Shown: positions 43,088 to 52,511 of the stretch, in pieces
Layout of the letters: every line of letters starts with the position of its first letter
Position numbering within the stretch: the first letter of the stretch is position 1
NCBI GenBank assembly: GCA_963752155.1
Contig: CAVVXH010000010.1
Location: forward strand, 224,001-288,000
Source: an uncultured Parachlamydiaceae bacterium
GTDB lineage: Bacteria > Chlamydiota > Chlamydiia > Chlamydiales > Parachlamydiaceae
Reading direction: 5' to 3'
Length of the DNA stretch: 64,000 nucleotides
Position numbers and translations under genes: made by a program
Notes under the pieces: model-generated
Databases searched by the model: none
What the model was told of the DNA's origin: nothing
The model's input: the letters and a program-made list of their open reading frames with translations, nothing else

Positions 43088-44521
43088 TTACGTTCTAAGA
43101 AGAGCAAGTATTGGCTCAGGATAGCACGACAATGCAACCAGAGCAACAAGGCAAAATGCTGCGACACTCATAGCAGGCAAAGAATGCTCCGGTGCAGTAT
43201 CCTCTAAGGGCTCTTTTGCAAACATAAGGCCAATCAAACGCAAATAATAAAAAGCCGAAAGAATCGTCGTCAAAAGTCCAATGACGACAAGGCCATAATA
43301 TCCGGCTTCAAAGGCCACTTTAAAGATGTAAAACTTAGCAAGAAATCCTGCTGTTGGAGGTATCCCTGCAAGCGTGAGCAAACAAAACGTAAGAATTAGT
43401 GCTAGAAGAGGGGAGCGTCTGTAAAGGCCATGGAGATCAGTAAACATCACCCCTTCTTCTCTCTCGTCTAAAAAAGCGAGAACTGCAAAGCATCCAAGTG
43501 TCGCTAATGCATAAATCACAAAATAGAATAAAAGTGCCATTAAGGCATTTTCACCCCCAGCAGCCAGAGGGATAAGTAAAAATCCAGCATGGGAAATTCC
43601 TGAATAAGCAAAAAATCGACGCAGTTGAGTTTGACGTAAGGCAACATAGTTTGCGTAAATGAGTGTCGGATAGGCTAGTAAAGCGATGCTTTGATTCCAA
43701 ATGGAACTAAATCCAGGCAAAGCGATCATGAAAACGCGAATAAATGCAGCAAAGGCTCCAATTTTTGTAGCTACAGCCATAAAAGCTGTGACAGGCGTAG
43801 GCGCTCCGTCGTAGACGTCTGGAGCCCACAAATGAACCGGGAAAATGGCTGCCTTAAAAGCAATTCCCAAAGTAACAAAAGCGACTCCGCTAAAAAATAG
43901 AATCTTATCTGTAGATGTTTCGAAAGCTTGATAGCTGGGTAAAAGTCCGGAAAATTGTGTTGTTCCTGTTGCCCCATAGATTAAAGCAATGCCATATAAC
44001 AAAAATGCAGCTGCGAGAGCCCCCGTAAGAAAATATTTAGTTGAAGCTTCTCTGGTGAGGGGCCAGTGTTTGATATATCCACACAAGATGTACAAGGCAA
44101 GCGAAAGTGTTTCGAGTCCCAAAAATAAAGTTAAAAAGTCTGTTGCACTTCCGATGAGAAGTAATCCGAAAAGTGAGGCAAGCATCAGAAAATAATATTC
44201 GCTTGGTGAGGCCTCGAAGCGCTTAAAGAACGGCACAGAAATAAGCGTTGTAGCTATGCCTATACAAATAAACAATACCGCAAAGAATCGTGACAAAGGA
44301 TCAAAATAAAGCCAACGCGTAAAATAGGGGTTCTGATCTACTGGAGAATACACCGCAGCTATTAACGCTAAAATTAAGGTTACAAGAGCTATGAATGAAG
44401 CACTTTTTTTCGCAATAGGAGAGAAGAAAGTTTCCATTAATATGAGTAAAAGGCCTCCACCTAAAAGAATAAGTAAAGGGCTAATAGCACAAATATCGGT
44501 GAAATGAATAAGGGTGTTCAC
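43088..44521 (-). CDS. nuoN: NADH-quinone oxidoreductase subunit N
   Basis: FK...FPVHLWAPDVYDGAP and AYSGISHAG; GTG start after AAGGAG. Confidence 0.92.
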   Translation of the reverse strand: MNTLIHFTDICAISPLLILLGGGLLLILMETFFSPIAKKSASFIALVTLILALIAAVYSPVDQNPYFTRWLYFDPLSRFFAVLFICIGIATTLISVPFFKRFEASPSEYYFLMLASLFGLLLIGSATDFLTLFLGLETLSLALYILCGYIKHWPLTREASTKYFLTGALAAAFLLYGIALIYGATGTTQFSGLLPSYQAFETSTDKILFFSGVAFVTLGIAFKAAIFPVHLWAPDVYDGAPTPVTAFMAVATKIGAFAAFIRVFMIALPGFSSIWNQSIALLAYPTLIYANYVALRQTQLRRFFAYSGISHAGFLLIPLAAGGENALMALLFYFVIYALATLGCFAVLAFLDEREEGVMFTDLHGLYRRSPLLALILTFCLLTLAGIPPTAGFLAKFYIFKVAFEAGYYGLVVIGLLTTILSAFYYLRLIGLMFAKEPLEDTAPEHSLPAMSVAAFCLVALVALSCYPEPILALLRT

Positions 44522-44554
44522 TATGACTCCTTTGCAAGAAATGTTTTCCAAGCG

Positions 44555-44722
44555 GTTAAGGGACTGTTCAATAATAACTTGTATGATTGGGCAACGCGAA
44601 AGCTCCCGTGGTTAAGCGATCGAAAGCGACCCCATATTATAATATGGGGTCACTTTCGATCGCTTAACCACGGGGCTTTGGTGCAGCCCAATCGTGCAAG
44701 TTATTGTTGAACAGTCCCTAAC
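44555..44722. repeat. Family G hairpin carrying an ~81-bp hairpin (H) in its loop
   Basis: Outer arms match 16719-16800; insert AAAGCTCCCGTGGTTAAGCGATCGAAAG...CTTTCGATCGCTTAACCACGGGGCTTT. Confidence 0.9.
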
Positions 44723-46140
44723 TTTTCTGTCGTCGGCTTGAGGTCGTTTAAGAGGGGAGCAGGGAAAATCCCAATGCCTAAGATGATCGCAATAAGAGGT
44801 AAAGCAACGAGTAGTTCTTTAATTCCTAGGTCGAGGGATTCATGATTGAGCCCTTTGGGTTCTCCAAAATAAACTTTTTCCATCCATCTTAACATGTAGA
44901 TCGCAGAAAGAATGACTGTTGTTGCGAGGAGCGTTGATAACCAGACGTTTTTTTTGAATAATCCAAAGAGGATGATGAGTTCTCCGACAAAATTATTGGT
45001 GCTAGGTAATGCGATGGAAGCAAGTACAAAAAATAGTGTAAGCCAGCAGAGGCGAGTATACGATTTTGCTGCTCCTCCAATGGTGTCTATGGAAGTTGTC
45101 CCTACGCGTTGTTTCAACCAATAGGCCATTAAAAATAGAGCTGCGATAGTTATTCCATGATTGAAGGCTTGTAGGATAGCCCCTTGTAGGGCTATTTCAT
45201 TGCCAACAAAAAGCCCGGCTAAGATGAAGTTAACATGTGAGAAGCTAGAGTAAGCGATCAGTCGCTTGGCGTCATTTTGTGTCCATGCCGCTATGGCCCC
45301 GTAAAGAGCGCCTATGATTGCCAAGGAGAGGAGAAAAGAGCTATATTGCACAATATAAGTGGGGAAAAATTCGTAGCCAATTCTTGCTATACCATAAATT
45401 CCTGCTTTGGAAAGAAGCGCAGAAAGAAGAATTGTTCCTGCATAAGGGGCTTGGGTATAGGCTTCTGGAAGCCATCCGTGGAAAGGAAAAAGAGGCGTTT
45501 TCACAGCAAATGCTAAGATGAAAATGGCAAAAAAGATGGGTGCATGAGGGTTTTGAGCTGCATAAACGGCAAGTTTATCAAAATTGAACGTGGGATTGGA
45601 GGAAGTGAAATAGAGTCCTAATACTGCTGCAACTAAAAGTGCTGAACCGGCAATCATGTAAACGAGGAATTGCAATGCTGCTTTTTGTCGATGTTCACCC
45701 CCTCTTAGGGTCATGATAAAGTATAATGGAAGCAAGATAGCTTCCCAGGAAATAGTAAAGACAACTAGATCTCGCGTAGTAAAGAGTATGAAAAGAAACC
45801 CTTGCAAAAGGAACGTGAGAAAGTAAAAAAGAGCAGATTGTCTATCTGTGGGAGCTATGTAAATAGCGAGAGGTATGATCAGTGCAGTCAAAGCAACAAA
45901 TATCATCGAGAGCGAGTCCATAGATAAGTGAAAATTGATTCCAAGAGTGGAGATCCATGGTTCATTGATTTCTGCGCCATTCCAGTGAGGATATCCTAAA
46001 AGGAGAAGTCCTAAGGGTAAGAAGCTCAAGACAAGATAAATTCTTTGTTTAGCTGTGGTCGATAGGGAGGTCACTCCTATCGCTAAGGCTATGAAGGAGG
46101 CTATAAATGGCAAGATGATAAGTAGCAGTAGGTTGGGCAC
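44701..46140 (-). CDS. nuoM: NADH-quinone oxidoreductase subunit M
   Basis: AVKTPLFPFHGWLP and KRLIAYSSFSH; GTG start after AAGGAG. Confidence 0.92.
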   Translation of the reverse strand: MPNLLLLIILPFIASFIALAIGVTSLSTTAKQRIYLVLSFLPLGLLLLGYPHWNGAEINEPWISTLGINFHLSMDSLSMIFVALTALIIPLAIYIAPTDRQSALFYFLTFLLQGFLFILFTTRDLVVFTISWEAILLPLYFIMTLRGGEHRQKAALQFLVYMIAGSALLVAAVLGLYFTSSNPTFNFDKLAVYAAQNPHAPIFFAIFILAFAVKTPLFPFHGWLPEAYTQAPYAGTILLSALLSKAGIYGIARIGYEFFPTYIVQYSSFLLSLAIIGALYGAIAAWTQNDAKRLIAYSSFSHVNFILAGLFVGNEIALQGAILQAFNHGITIAALFLMAYWLKQRVGTTSIDTIGGAAKSYTRLCWLTLFFVLASIALPSTNNFVGELIILFGLFKKNVWLSTLLATTVILSAIYMLRWMEKVYFGEPKGLNHESLDLGIKELLVALPLIAIILGIGIFPAPLLNDLKPTTEKLGTVQQ

Positions 46141-46150
46141 GAAGATCTCC

Positions 46151-48040
46151 TTAATTGCTGACTTGCATTGCAAGGATATAGGTGATTAAAAATGCAGCTG
46201 TGGCAGCCATCCAAGCTACGTAAGAGCGAATTTGTCCGCTTTGCATTTCCTGCATAAAGATTGCAAGAGATGATGTTGCTTTCGTAATCCACTGAAGGCT
46301 TCCGGAAAAGATATTTGGTTCCACATGATTTGATAGGGTGTAGGAAATTTTTTTCAGAGGTTGCACAATGTATGAATGATAGATGTCATCAATATAAAAA
46401 GCATTTTTGAAGAGTTGTATAGGTTTTTCTTGTTTTGGATAGATCGTATAAAGAAGGTAGGCTAATCCAATTCCAAGGAAGGCCCCAATCACAGCCATAT
46501 TGAGCTCAAGGGTAATTGCAAAGTGAGTGCTTAGCTCGTATTCCGTCGGAGTAATCCCCACTTCTTTTAAGAAGTTTAGCAAGGGTGGTATGCCTGTTGC
46601 CGAAAAGCCAAGGGCTCCTCCAACGATGGAAAAGGCAAGTAAAACTGAACAGGGGATGAGCATGATTTTTGGAGCTTCATGAAGGGGGGGATTTGCGTTT
46701 TCAATGGCCGGAGGTAAGCGAGAAGTTCCGGTAAAGGTTAAGCAGTAGGCACGGGTCAAGTAAAAAGCTGTTAAAATCGAGGTGAAAAGTCCCATGTAAA
46801 AAAGAAGATCGAAACCAACGAGATGTTCTTGTCCTAAAATGAGTTCTTTGCTGAAGAAGGCCGCCAGAGGGGGGACTCCAGACATAGCAAGCACTCCGAA
46901 CAAAAAGAGATAGTTAGTATAGGGAAATAGTTTGCTGAGGCCTCCCATTTTACGCATATCTGTCAGGCCATGAAGGACATGAACGACATTTCCGGCGGAT
47001 AAAAAGAGGAGGGCTTTCATGAAGGCGTGCATGGTGAGGTGGAACATTGCTGCATAAAAAGCTTTGGCTCCGCAGGCCATAAACATATACCCTAACTGGC
47101 TGACGGTTGAATAGGCTAGCACTCTTTTAAGGTCGTTTTGGCCGATGGCGCAGAGGGCTGCAAAAAGGGCCGTTATCGCTCCGACGGTTCCGATCACTTG
47201 TAATGCTAGGGGGGAAAGAACATAAAGTGCATGCATTCTAACAACTAGGTAGACTCCAGCTGTGACCATTGTCGCAGCATGGATTAGGGCAGAGACGGGA
47301 GTAGGACCTTCCATCGCATCTGCTAACCACACGTGCAAAGGAATTTGTGCTGACTTGCCGCAAGCTCCGACAAAAAAGAGGAGCGCTATAATGGTGATGA
47401 GCGGATCTCCAATAGAAAATTTGTCTAATTGTGCTGTAATGTCTACAATGTTGGAGGTTCCGAAAGTACGGAAAGTTAGCAACAAACCTATTAAGAGGCC
47501 TAGGTCTCCGATGCGATTGACGACAAAAGCTTTGACCGCTGCAGCAGCAGCTTTAGGTCGGTAATAGTCGTATCCGATTAATAAATAGGAAGCTAGACCA
47601 ACTCCTTCCCATCCTACAAAGAGAAGAAGTAGGTTGTCCGCTAATACAAGGAGGAGCATAGCAAAGACGAATAAATTTAAACAGGCAAAATAACGTACAT
47701 AATCTTCTTCGTGATCCATGTAGCCAACAGAATAGATATGGATCAGCGATCCAACGCCAGTGATAATGAGAGCCATCATGAGAGAGACAGAGTCTATATG
47801 TATGCCGAAAGTTGCATTAATTCCTTTTATGGGAATCCAATCATATAAGGTGAGATTTGAGTCTTGCATATTGGTATGTAGGTAGCCCATTAAGATGGCC
47901 ACAAAAAGTAAGAAAGAAAGGGTGAGAGACCCACATGCAATATAGGCCGTTTGTTTTCGTGATAAAACCGGGTAGGTGATGAGCTGTAGGATAAAACCTA
48001 GTAAAGGTAAAAATAGGGCTAACCAGGGTGCATACGACAT
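46151..48040 (-). CDS. nuoL: NADH-quinone oxidoreductase subunit L
   Basis: GKSAQIPLHVWLADAMEGPTPVSALIHAATMV. Confidence 0.95.
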   Translation of the reverse strand: MSYAPWLALFLPLLGFILQLITYPVLSRKQTAYIACGSLTLSFLLFVAILMGYLHTNMQDSNLTLYDWIPIKGINATFGIHIDSVSLMMALIITGVGSLIHIYSVGYMDHEEDYVRYFACLNLFVFAMLLLVLADNLLLLFVGWEGVGLASYLLIGYDYYRPKAAAAAVKAFVVNRIGDLGLLIGLLLTFRTFGTSNIVDITAQLDKFSIGDPLITIIALLFFVGACGKSAQIPLHVWLADAMEGPTPVSALIHAATMVTAGVYLVVRMHALYVLSPLALQVIGTVGAITALFAALCAIGQNDLKRVLAYSTVSQLGYMFMACGAKAFYAAMFHLTMHAFMKALLFLSAGNVVHVLHGLTDMRKMGGLSKLFPYTNYLFLFGVLAMSGVPPLAAFFSKELILGQEHLVGFDLLFYMGLFTSILTAFYLTRAYCLTFTGTSRLPPAIENANPPLHEAPKIMLIPCSVLLAFSIVGGALGFSATGIPPLLNFLKEVGITPTEYELSTHFAITLELNMAVIGAFLGIGLAYLLYTIYPKQEKPIQLFKNAFYIDDIYHSYIVQPLKKISYTLSNHVEPNIFSGSLQWITKATSSLAIFMQEMQSGQIRSYVAWMAATAAFLITYILAMQVSN

Positions 48041-48049
48041 AGAAGTTCC

Positions 48050-48349
48050 TTATCCCTTAAGTTCATTGTAACAGTCAACATCGACAGCTTGTTTTGAACG
48101 AAATAGGTTGATGATGAGGGCAAATCCTACTGCGGCCTCTGCAGCAGCGACAACAAGGACAAAAAAAACCCAAATCAATCCTATTTGATTATTCCAATGG
48201 TTTGCGAAAAATACAAAGAGAAGATTGGCAGCGTTTAGCATAAGCTCAAGTGATAAAAAGAATATTAACACGTTGCGCCTCACTAGGACTCCAATTAATC
48301 CGATTGTAAACATCGCAAGACTGACAAAAATCAGAAAAAAATCGTCCAT
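48050..48349 (-). CDS. nuoK: NADH-quinone oxidoreductase subunit K
   Basis: RRN, ELMLNA and AAEAAVG. Confidence 0.93.
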   Translation of the reverse strand: MDDFFLIFVSLAMFTIGLIGVLVRRNVLIFFLSLELMLNAANLLFVFFANHWNNQIGLIWVFFVLVVAAAEAAVGFALIINLFRSKQAVDVDCYNELKG

Positions 48350-48860
48350 TTAAATTTCCTTTTTTCCGATGTAAAGGGCACCAATCGAGGCGATTAAAAA
48401 TAAAAAAATGACAGCTTCAAATGGGAAAGAAATAATCGATGTAGAGGAGTTTTCCAAGAGAATATGCGGTACCAAAATCTTTTGAGGGGCTTGTTTGTGA
48501 AGGGGAAAAGATGGCGAGTTCTCTAGCTAAGTAAATGAGAGCGAGTGTAAATGTGCCACCTGCTGCGGCAAGGAGTAACGGAGTGCTTTTTCCATGTGTG
48601 AGTGCAATTTTTTCATGAGCATTTTGGAAAAGGAGCATAATAAACATGAAAGTGACCAAAATGGCTCCGGCATAGATCAACACTTGCATGACAGCTATAA
48701 ATTCAGCAGAAAGTTGAAGGTATATAACAGCCAAGAGAAGAAGTGTTAACAAAAAATAGAGGCATGAGTGGACTGGTTTTTTGGCTAAAATGACTCCTAG
48801 GGAAGAGAGGATAAGGATGATCCCAATAATTATTTGCATTGGATGGTCTAAATGCATCAC
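48350..48860 (-). CDS. nuoJ: NADH-quinone oxidoreductase subunit J (frameshift near the 3' end)
   Basis: AEFIAVMQVLIYAGAI; the C-terminus FEAVIFLFLIASIGA lies in another frame. Confidence 0.88.
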
Positions 48861-48872
48861 CTAGTTCTCCTC

Positions 48873-49358
48873 TTAAATTTCTCGATTCGGGTCACGACCT
48901 GAGTCTCCCGGGTTTTTTTCGGTTAAAATGTCTTTAGTAAAGATCAGCTCTTGTCGTGAGTAAGCAGAGAATTCATATTCATTACTTAGGATGATTGCTC
49001 CGGTGGGGCAGGCTTCTTCGCAATATCCACAGTAAATACATCGCAACATATTGATTTGAAAGTCTTTAGCGTAGCGTTCACCATGTGAGTTAGGAGCATC
49101 CGGATCATTTTGTTCCGGCTTGACGTAGATAGCTTGAGAAGGGCATACAATTGCGCATAATTCACATCCGACGCAACGCTCAAGGCCATCGTTCCATTTT
49201 GTAAGGTAATGACGTCCTCGTGAACGTGGCGGCAATTTTCTCTTTTCTTCCGGATAGCGTAAGGTAACAGGGCGTTTAAAGGCATATTTTAAAACGATAA
49301 ATAGTCCGTGGAATACGGATAAAATCTGTTTATATACTCTTGGAGCTGTTTTTTTCAT
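48873..49358 (-). CDS. nuoI: NADH-quinone oxidoreductase subunit I
   Basis: Two CxxCxxCxxxCP ferredoxin motifs. Confidence 0.95.
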   Translation of the reverse strand: MKKTAPRVYKQILSVFHGLFIVLKYAFKRPVTLRYPEEKRKLPPRSRGRHYLTKWNDGLERCVGCELCAIVCPSQAIYVKPEQNDPDAPNSHGERYAKDFQINMLRCIYCGYCEEACPTGAIILSNEYEFSAYSRQELIFTKDILTEKNPGDSGRDPNREI

Positions 49359-49359
49359 G

Positions 49360-50349
49360 CTATACCAATAAAAAGTAAGCTGTAATTAAAAGATTCAACG
49401 TAGCAATGGGGGTAAGTACTTTCCATCCAAAGCTCATTAGCTGGTTGTAGCGCAAACGGGCCATAGTTGCGCGTACCCACATAAATATAAAGACTAAAAT
49501 AGCAACTTTTAAAATAAACCAAACGAATGGGGTATCTGTTGGCCCGTACCAGCCACCTAAAAATAAGGTTGTTGCAATAGAACAAACAGCTAGGATGTTG
49601 ATGTACTCGGCAAGGAAAAAGCTTGCAAATCTCATTCCACCATATTCTGTATGGTAGCCTCCGGTGAGTTCCTGTTCCGATTCTGGAAGATCGAAAGGAG
49701 CGCGGTTTGTTTCTGCAAAAGCAGTTATGAAATAGATGATGAAGCTGATGGGATTGGTCCAAATGAACCAATGATTTTGCTGAGCCTTGACTATTTCCGG
49801 TAAGCTTAAGGAGTTTGCAGCGATGACTACGGTGATGATCGATAATCCCATGGGAATTTCATAGCTAATGAGTTGTGCTGTGCTGCGCAGTCCTCCAAGT
49901 AGAGAGTAGCGGTTGTTAGATGACCAGCCGGCTAAGACGATTCCATAAACTGCGAGTGAAGAGAGTGCGAGAAGCACGAGGATTCCGGAGTTAAGATCAG
50001 CAATATACAGTTTGACTGTGCGGCCAGCTATTTCGATGGTATCTCCGAAGGGGATGAGGATGAAAGCCATCAGGGCAGTAAAAACAGAAATGGCTGGAGC
50101 TAGGATATAAGTAAATTTATCGACATTTTCTGGGCAAAAACTTTCTTTGCTAAGGAGTTTAAGGCCATCGGCAATAGGCTGTAGAAGGCCAAAGGGTCCT
50201 ACTCGATTAGGGCCAAGCCTTAGTTGGACTCTGGCCATAATCACCCGTTCGCAAAAGGTCATATAGGCAGCCGCCCCCATAAGGACCAAAACGAGAAGGA
50301 TGCTTTTGATAAGTACTTCGATTAAATCGCCTAACACGGGATACCTCAT
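49360..50349 (-). CDS. nuoH: NADH-quinone oxidoreductase subunit H
   Basis: GPNRVGPFGLLQPIADGLK and AETNRAPFDLPE. Confidence 0.95.
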   Translation of the reverse strand: MRYPVLGDLIEVLIKSILLVLVLMGAAAYMTFCERVIMARVQLRLGPNRVGPFGLLQPIADGLKLLSKESFCPENVDKFTYILAPAISVFTALMAFILIPFGDTIEIAGRTVKLYIADLNSGILVLLALSSLAVYGIVLAGWSSNNRYSLLGGLRSTAQLISYEIPMGLSIITVVIAANSLSLPEIVKAQQNHWFIWTNPISFIIYFITAFAETNRAPFDLPESEQELTGGYHTEYGGMRFASFFLAEYINILAVCSIATTLFLGGWYGPTDTPFVWFILKVAILVFIFMWVRATMARLRYNQLMSFGWKVLTPIATLNLLITAYFLLV

Positions 50350-50438
50350 TATCCACTTTTATTCATTATTTTGGACGTTAGCGGAAAAGCTTTTGTCTGT
50401 AAATAAAAAAATTCAAAGGGGTGGGGTATTGTGAAATG

Positions 50439-50575
50439 TAGCAAGGACGACAAGGACGGCAAGGACAACAAGCAAGGACAAGCAACAAAGATATAAGATA
50501 ATACCATTTCTCGTTTATTTTATATGTCCTTGCTTGCCGTCCTTGTTGTCCTTTTCGTCCTTGCTGTCCTTGTTA
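50439..50575. repeat. Palindromic element with 9-bp CAAGGACRR arms
   Basis: CAAGGACGA CAAGGACGG CAAGGACAA ... CCGTCCTTG TTGTCCTTT TCGTCCTTG CTGTCCTTG. Confidence 0.85.
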
Positions 50576-52216
50576 GTTCTTTTCTTTAATACGATTAAGT
50601 TCTCTATAGAACGCATCAAGTTCGACATCTTCATCGTTTTCAGAAGCTGGAAATTGCTTTGAGATTAATTGTTCTCTCTTAGAATTTAGATAATTCAGAG
50701 CGTTTTTAATAGGGTCTTTTACACTATCAATTTCATTATTAACGTTCCAAGAATCACAATAAAGCTCTATGCTTCCATTAGCTAAAATATATAAATCAGT
50801 AATTTCTTTGGGTAGCCGAGTTAAAAAGCCTGGAGATTGATGAGTCCATTGATCCATCAAATCTAAGAGTTCTGCATCCAAAGCATGCAATTCCTCAATG
50901 CTGCAACCACTCTTAGAATTGGTTAATTCGACGATTTGATGCGCGATGATGCGAAATTGAGATTTAATTTCTTCTAGATGATCCTCCTTTTCAAGATAAG
51001 CACGCATTTCTGGAATTTCAGTATCAACTTCCTCAATAGAAGAATCGTTATTAAGTTTATCTTGAAAATCGGTATTTAACCAATCATTAAAACTTTCATC
51101 ATTAAAACTTTCATCATCTTCAAAAAAGGAGTCTGATTCATAGCCATCCTCTAAAATTCCCTCGTTTGAATTTTCGATCTCGCAAGCCGGAGATAGATGT
51201 TTATTTTCTAAAGACTGATTTTTTTCATAGTTCGCCATGAATTGTTGTGCTTTTTTGAAGTATTTCTGGGCTTTAATTAAATCATGATCCCTATCAGGCT
51301 GATTGCTTTCTGTAACTGCAAAAGAAGGATTTAATTGCTGAAGGACTTCTTCGGCATCAGAACGAAATTTATCAGAAAGTGCATCGGTTTCTTGGTTTAT
51401 ATTTTCGACATCTGATTGAGCAATATCTTTAAGTGTAGTAACTATATTGCAATCTAGGTACGGATTCAGGCTCTCGTGTGATGGTTTGATATTTATTTTG
51501 GGCTGAATTTGTGGGCGTTCGTACACCTGAAACATTTCAATTTTAAGTAAATTTTCTTCCGTAATTCTTTTTAAGTTAGACTCATTTTTAGAAGATAATG
51601 GATTCTTTATTTCATTTATTTGTTGTCCCATTAGATCTACTTCGATTTTAAGTAATTCTAACTTTTCTTGTTGTTGATTTGCAGATAAGTTAATGGACGC
51701 ATAAAGAGTATCAATTGCTTCTCCTTGTTTATAAGCTTCTTCTAACAAGTTTTCAACAAATTTATTTTGAAAGAATAGATCAATTTCATTTTCATTTTCT
51801 TTAGAAATTTTTAGAAATGCTGCAATCTTTTCACTAATAGCAGAGGAGGGGAAATTTTTTTGATCGATGTTTTTTGAGAAAACATAATCGATTTTGGTCA
51901 TTTTGAAAGGAATAGATTTGAGTTGTTGCCAGATAGAGTTCAGTTCATTTGTGGCCTCAGGATCGTTTTTTTTAATGAGGGCTTTAATTTTTGAGCTTAG
52001 GATGAATTGATTTTGAAGTAAATTTTCTATAACCGAAGGTAATTTCCTCGCATTGATTTGTGAAGTTGTTTGGGGGTCCGCTTCTGATGTCTGTTTTGAG
52101 TCCAGAACCAAAGCAATCTCCTTTATTTTGCGAGTTTGCACATTGTCAATTCTTATAGAAAAAAAATTTTGATATAAATTTTGGAAAAAATTTAAAGAAA
52201 AAAATGAATAGATCAT
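50573..52216 (-). CDS. Hypothetical acidic helical protein
   Basis: 547 aa ORF with GAGGT RBS; no family recognised. Confidence 0.7.
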   Translation of the reverse strand: MIYSFFSLNFFQNLYQNFFSIRIDNVQTRKIKEIALVLDSKQTSEADPQTTSQINARKLPSVIENLLQNQFILSSKIKALIKKNDPEATNELNSIWQQLKSIPFKMTKIDYVFSKNIDQKNFPSSAISEKIAAFLKISKENENEIDLFFQNKFVENLLEEAYKQGEAIDTLYASINLSANQQQEKLELLKIEVDLMGQQINEIKNPLSSKNESNLKRITEENLLKIEMFQVYERPQIQPKINIKPSHESLNPYLDCNIVTTLKDIAQSDVENINQETDALSDKFRSDAEEVLQQLNPSFAVTESNQPDRDHDLIKAQKYFKKAQQFMANYEKNQSLENKHLSPACEIENSNEGILEDGYESDSFFEDDESFNDESFNDWLNTDFQDKLNNDSSIEEVDTEIPEMRAYLEKEDHLEEIKSQFRIIAHQIVELTNSKSGCSIEELHALDAELLDLMDQWTHQSPGFLTRLPKEITDLYILANGSIELYCDSWNVNNEIDSVKDPIKNALNYLNSKREQLISKQFPASENDEDVELDAFYRELNRIKEKN

Positions 52217-52511
52217 ATAAACACCTCGATTTATTAAATTACATGTAAAAATATTTTTTTTATATTTTAATATTTTTGTTTTTTTATAGGCAATTAAATT
52301 CTATTGTACCTCTTGCGTTTTTCTATTGTCAAGTCAAAAACAGTATTTTAGTGAGAAATTAGATATTAGATAAAATAGAAATGAACTGCAATAAGAGACA
52401 TTGTTTGAATCAATGCGTATTTCTGGTATTTCTGGCAACTTCTCATATAAGTGGACGTTGCATTTTTTTGTAGATGAAACGTTCATCTGGAAATCGTTAT
52501 ATTAGATTGAG

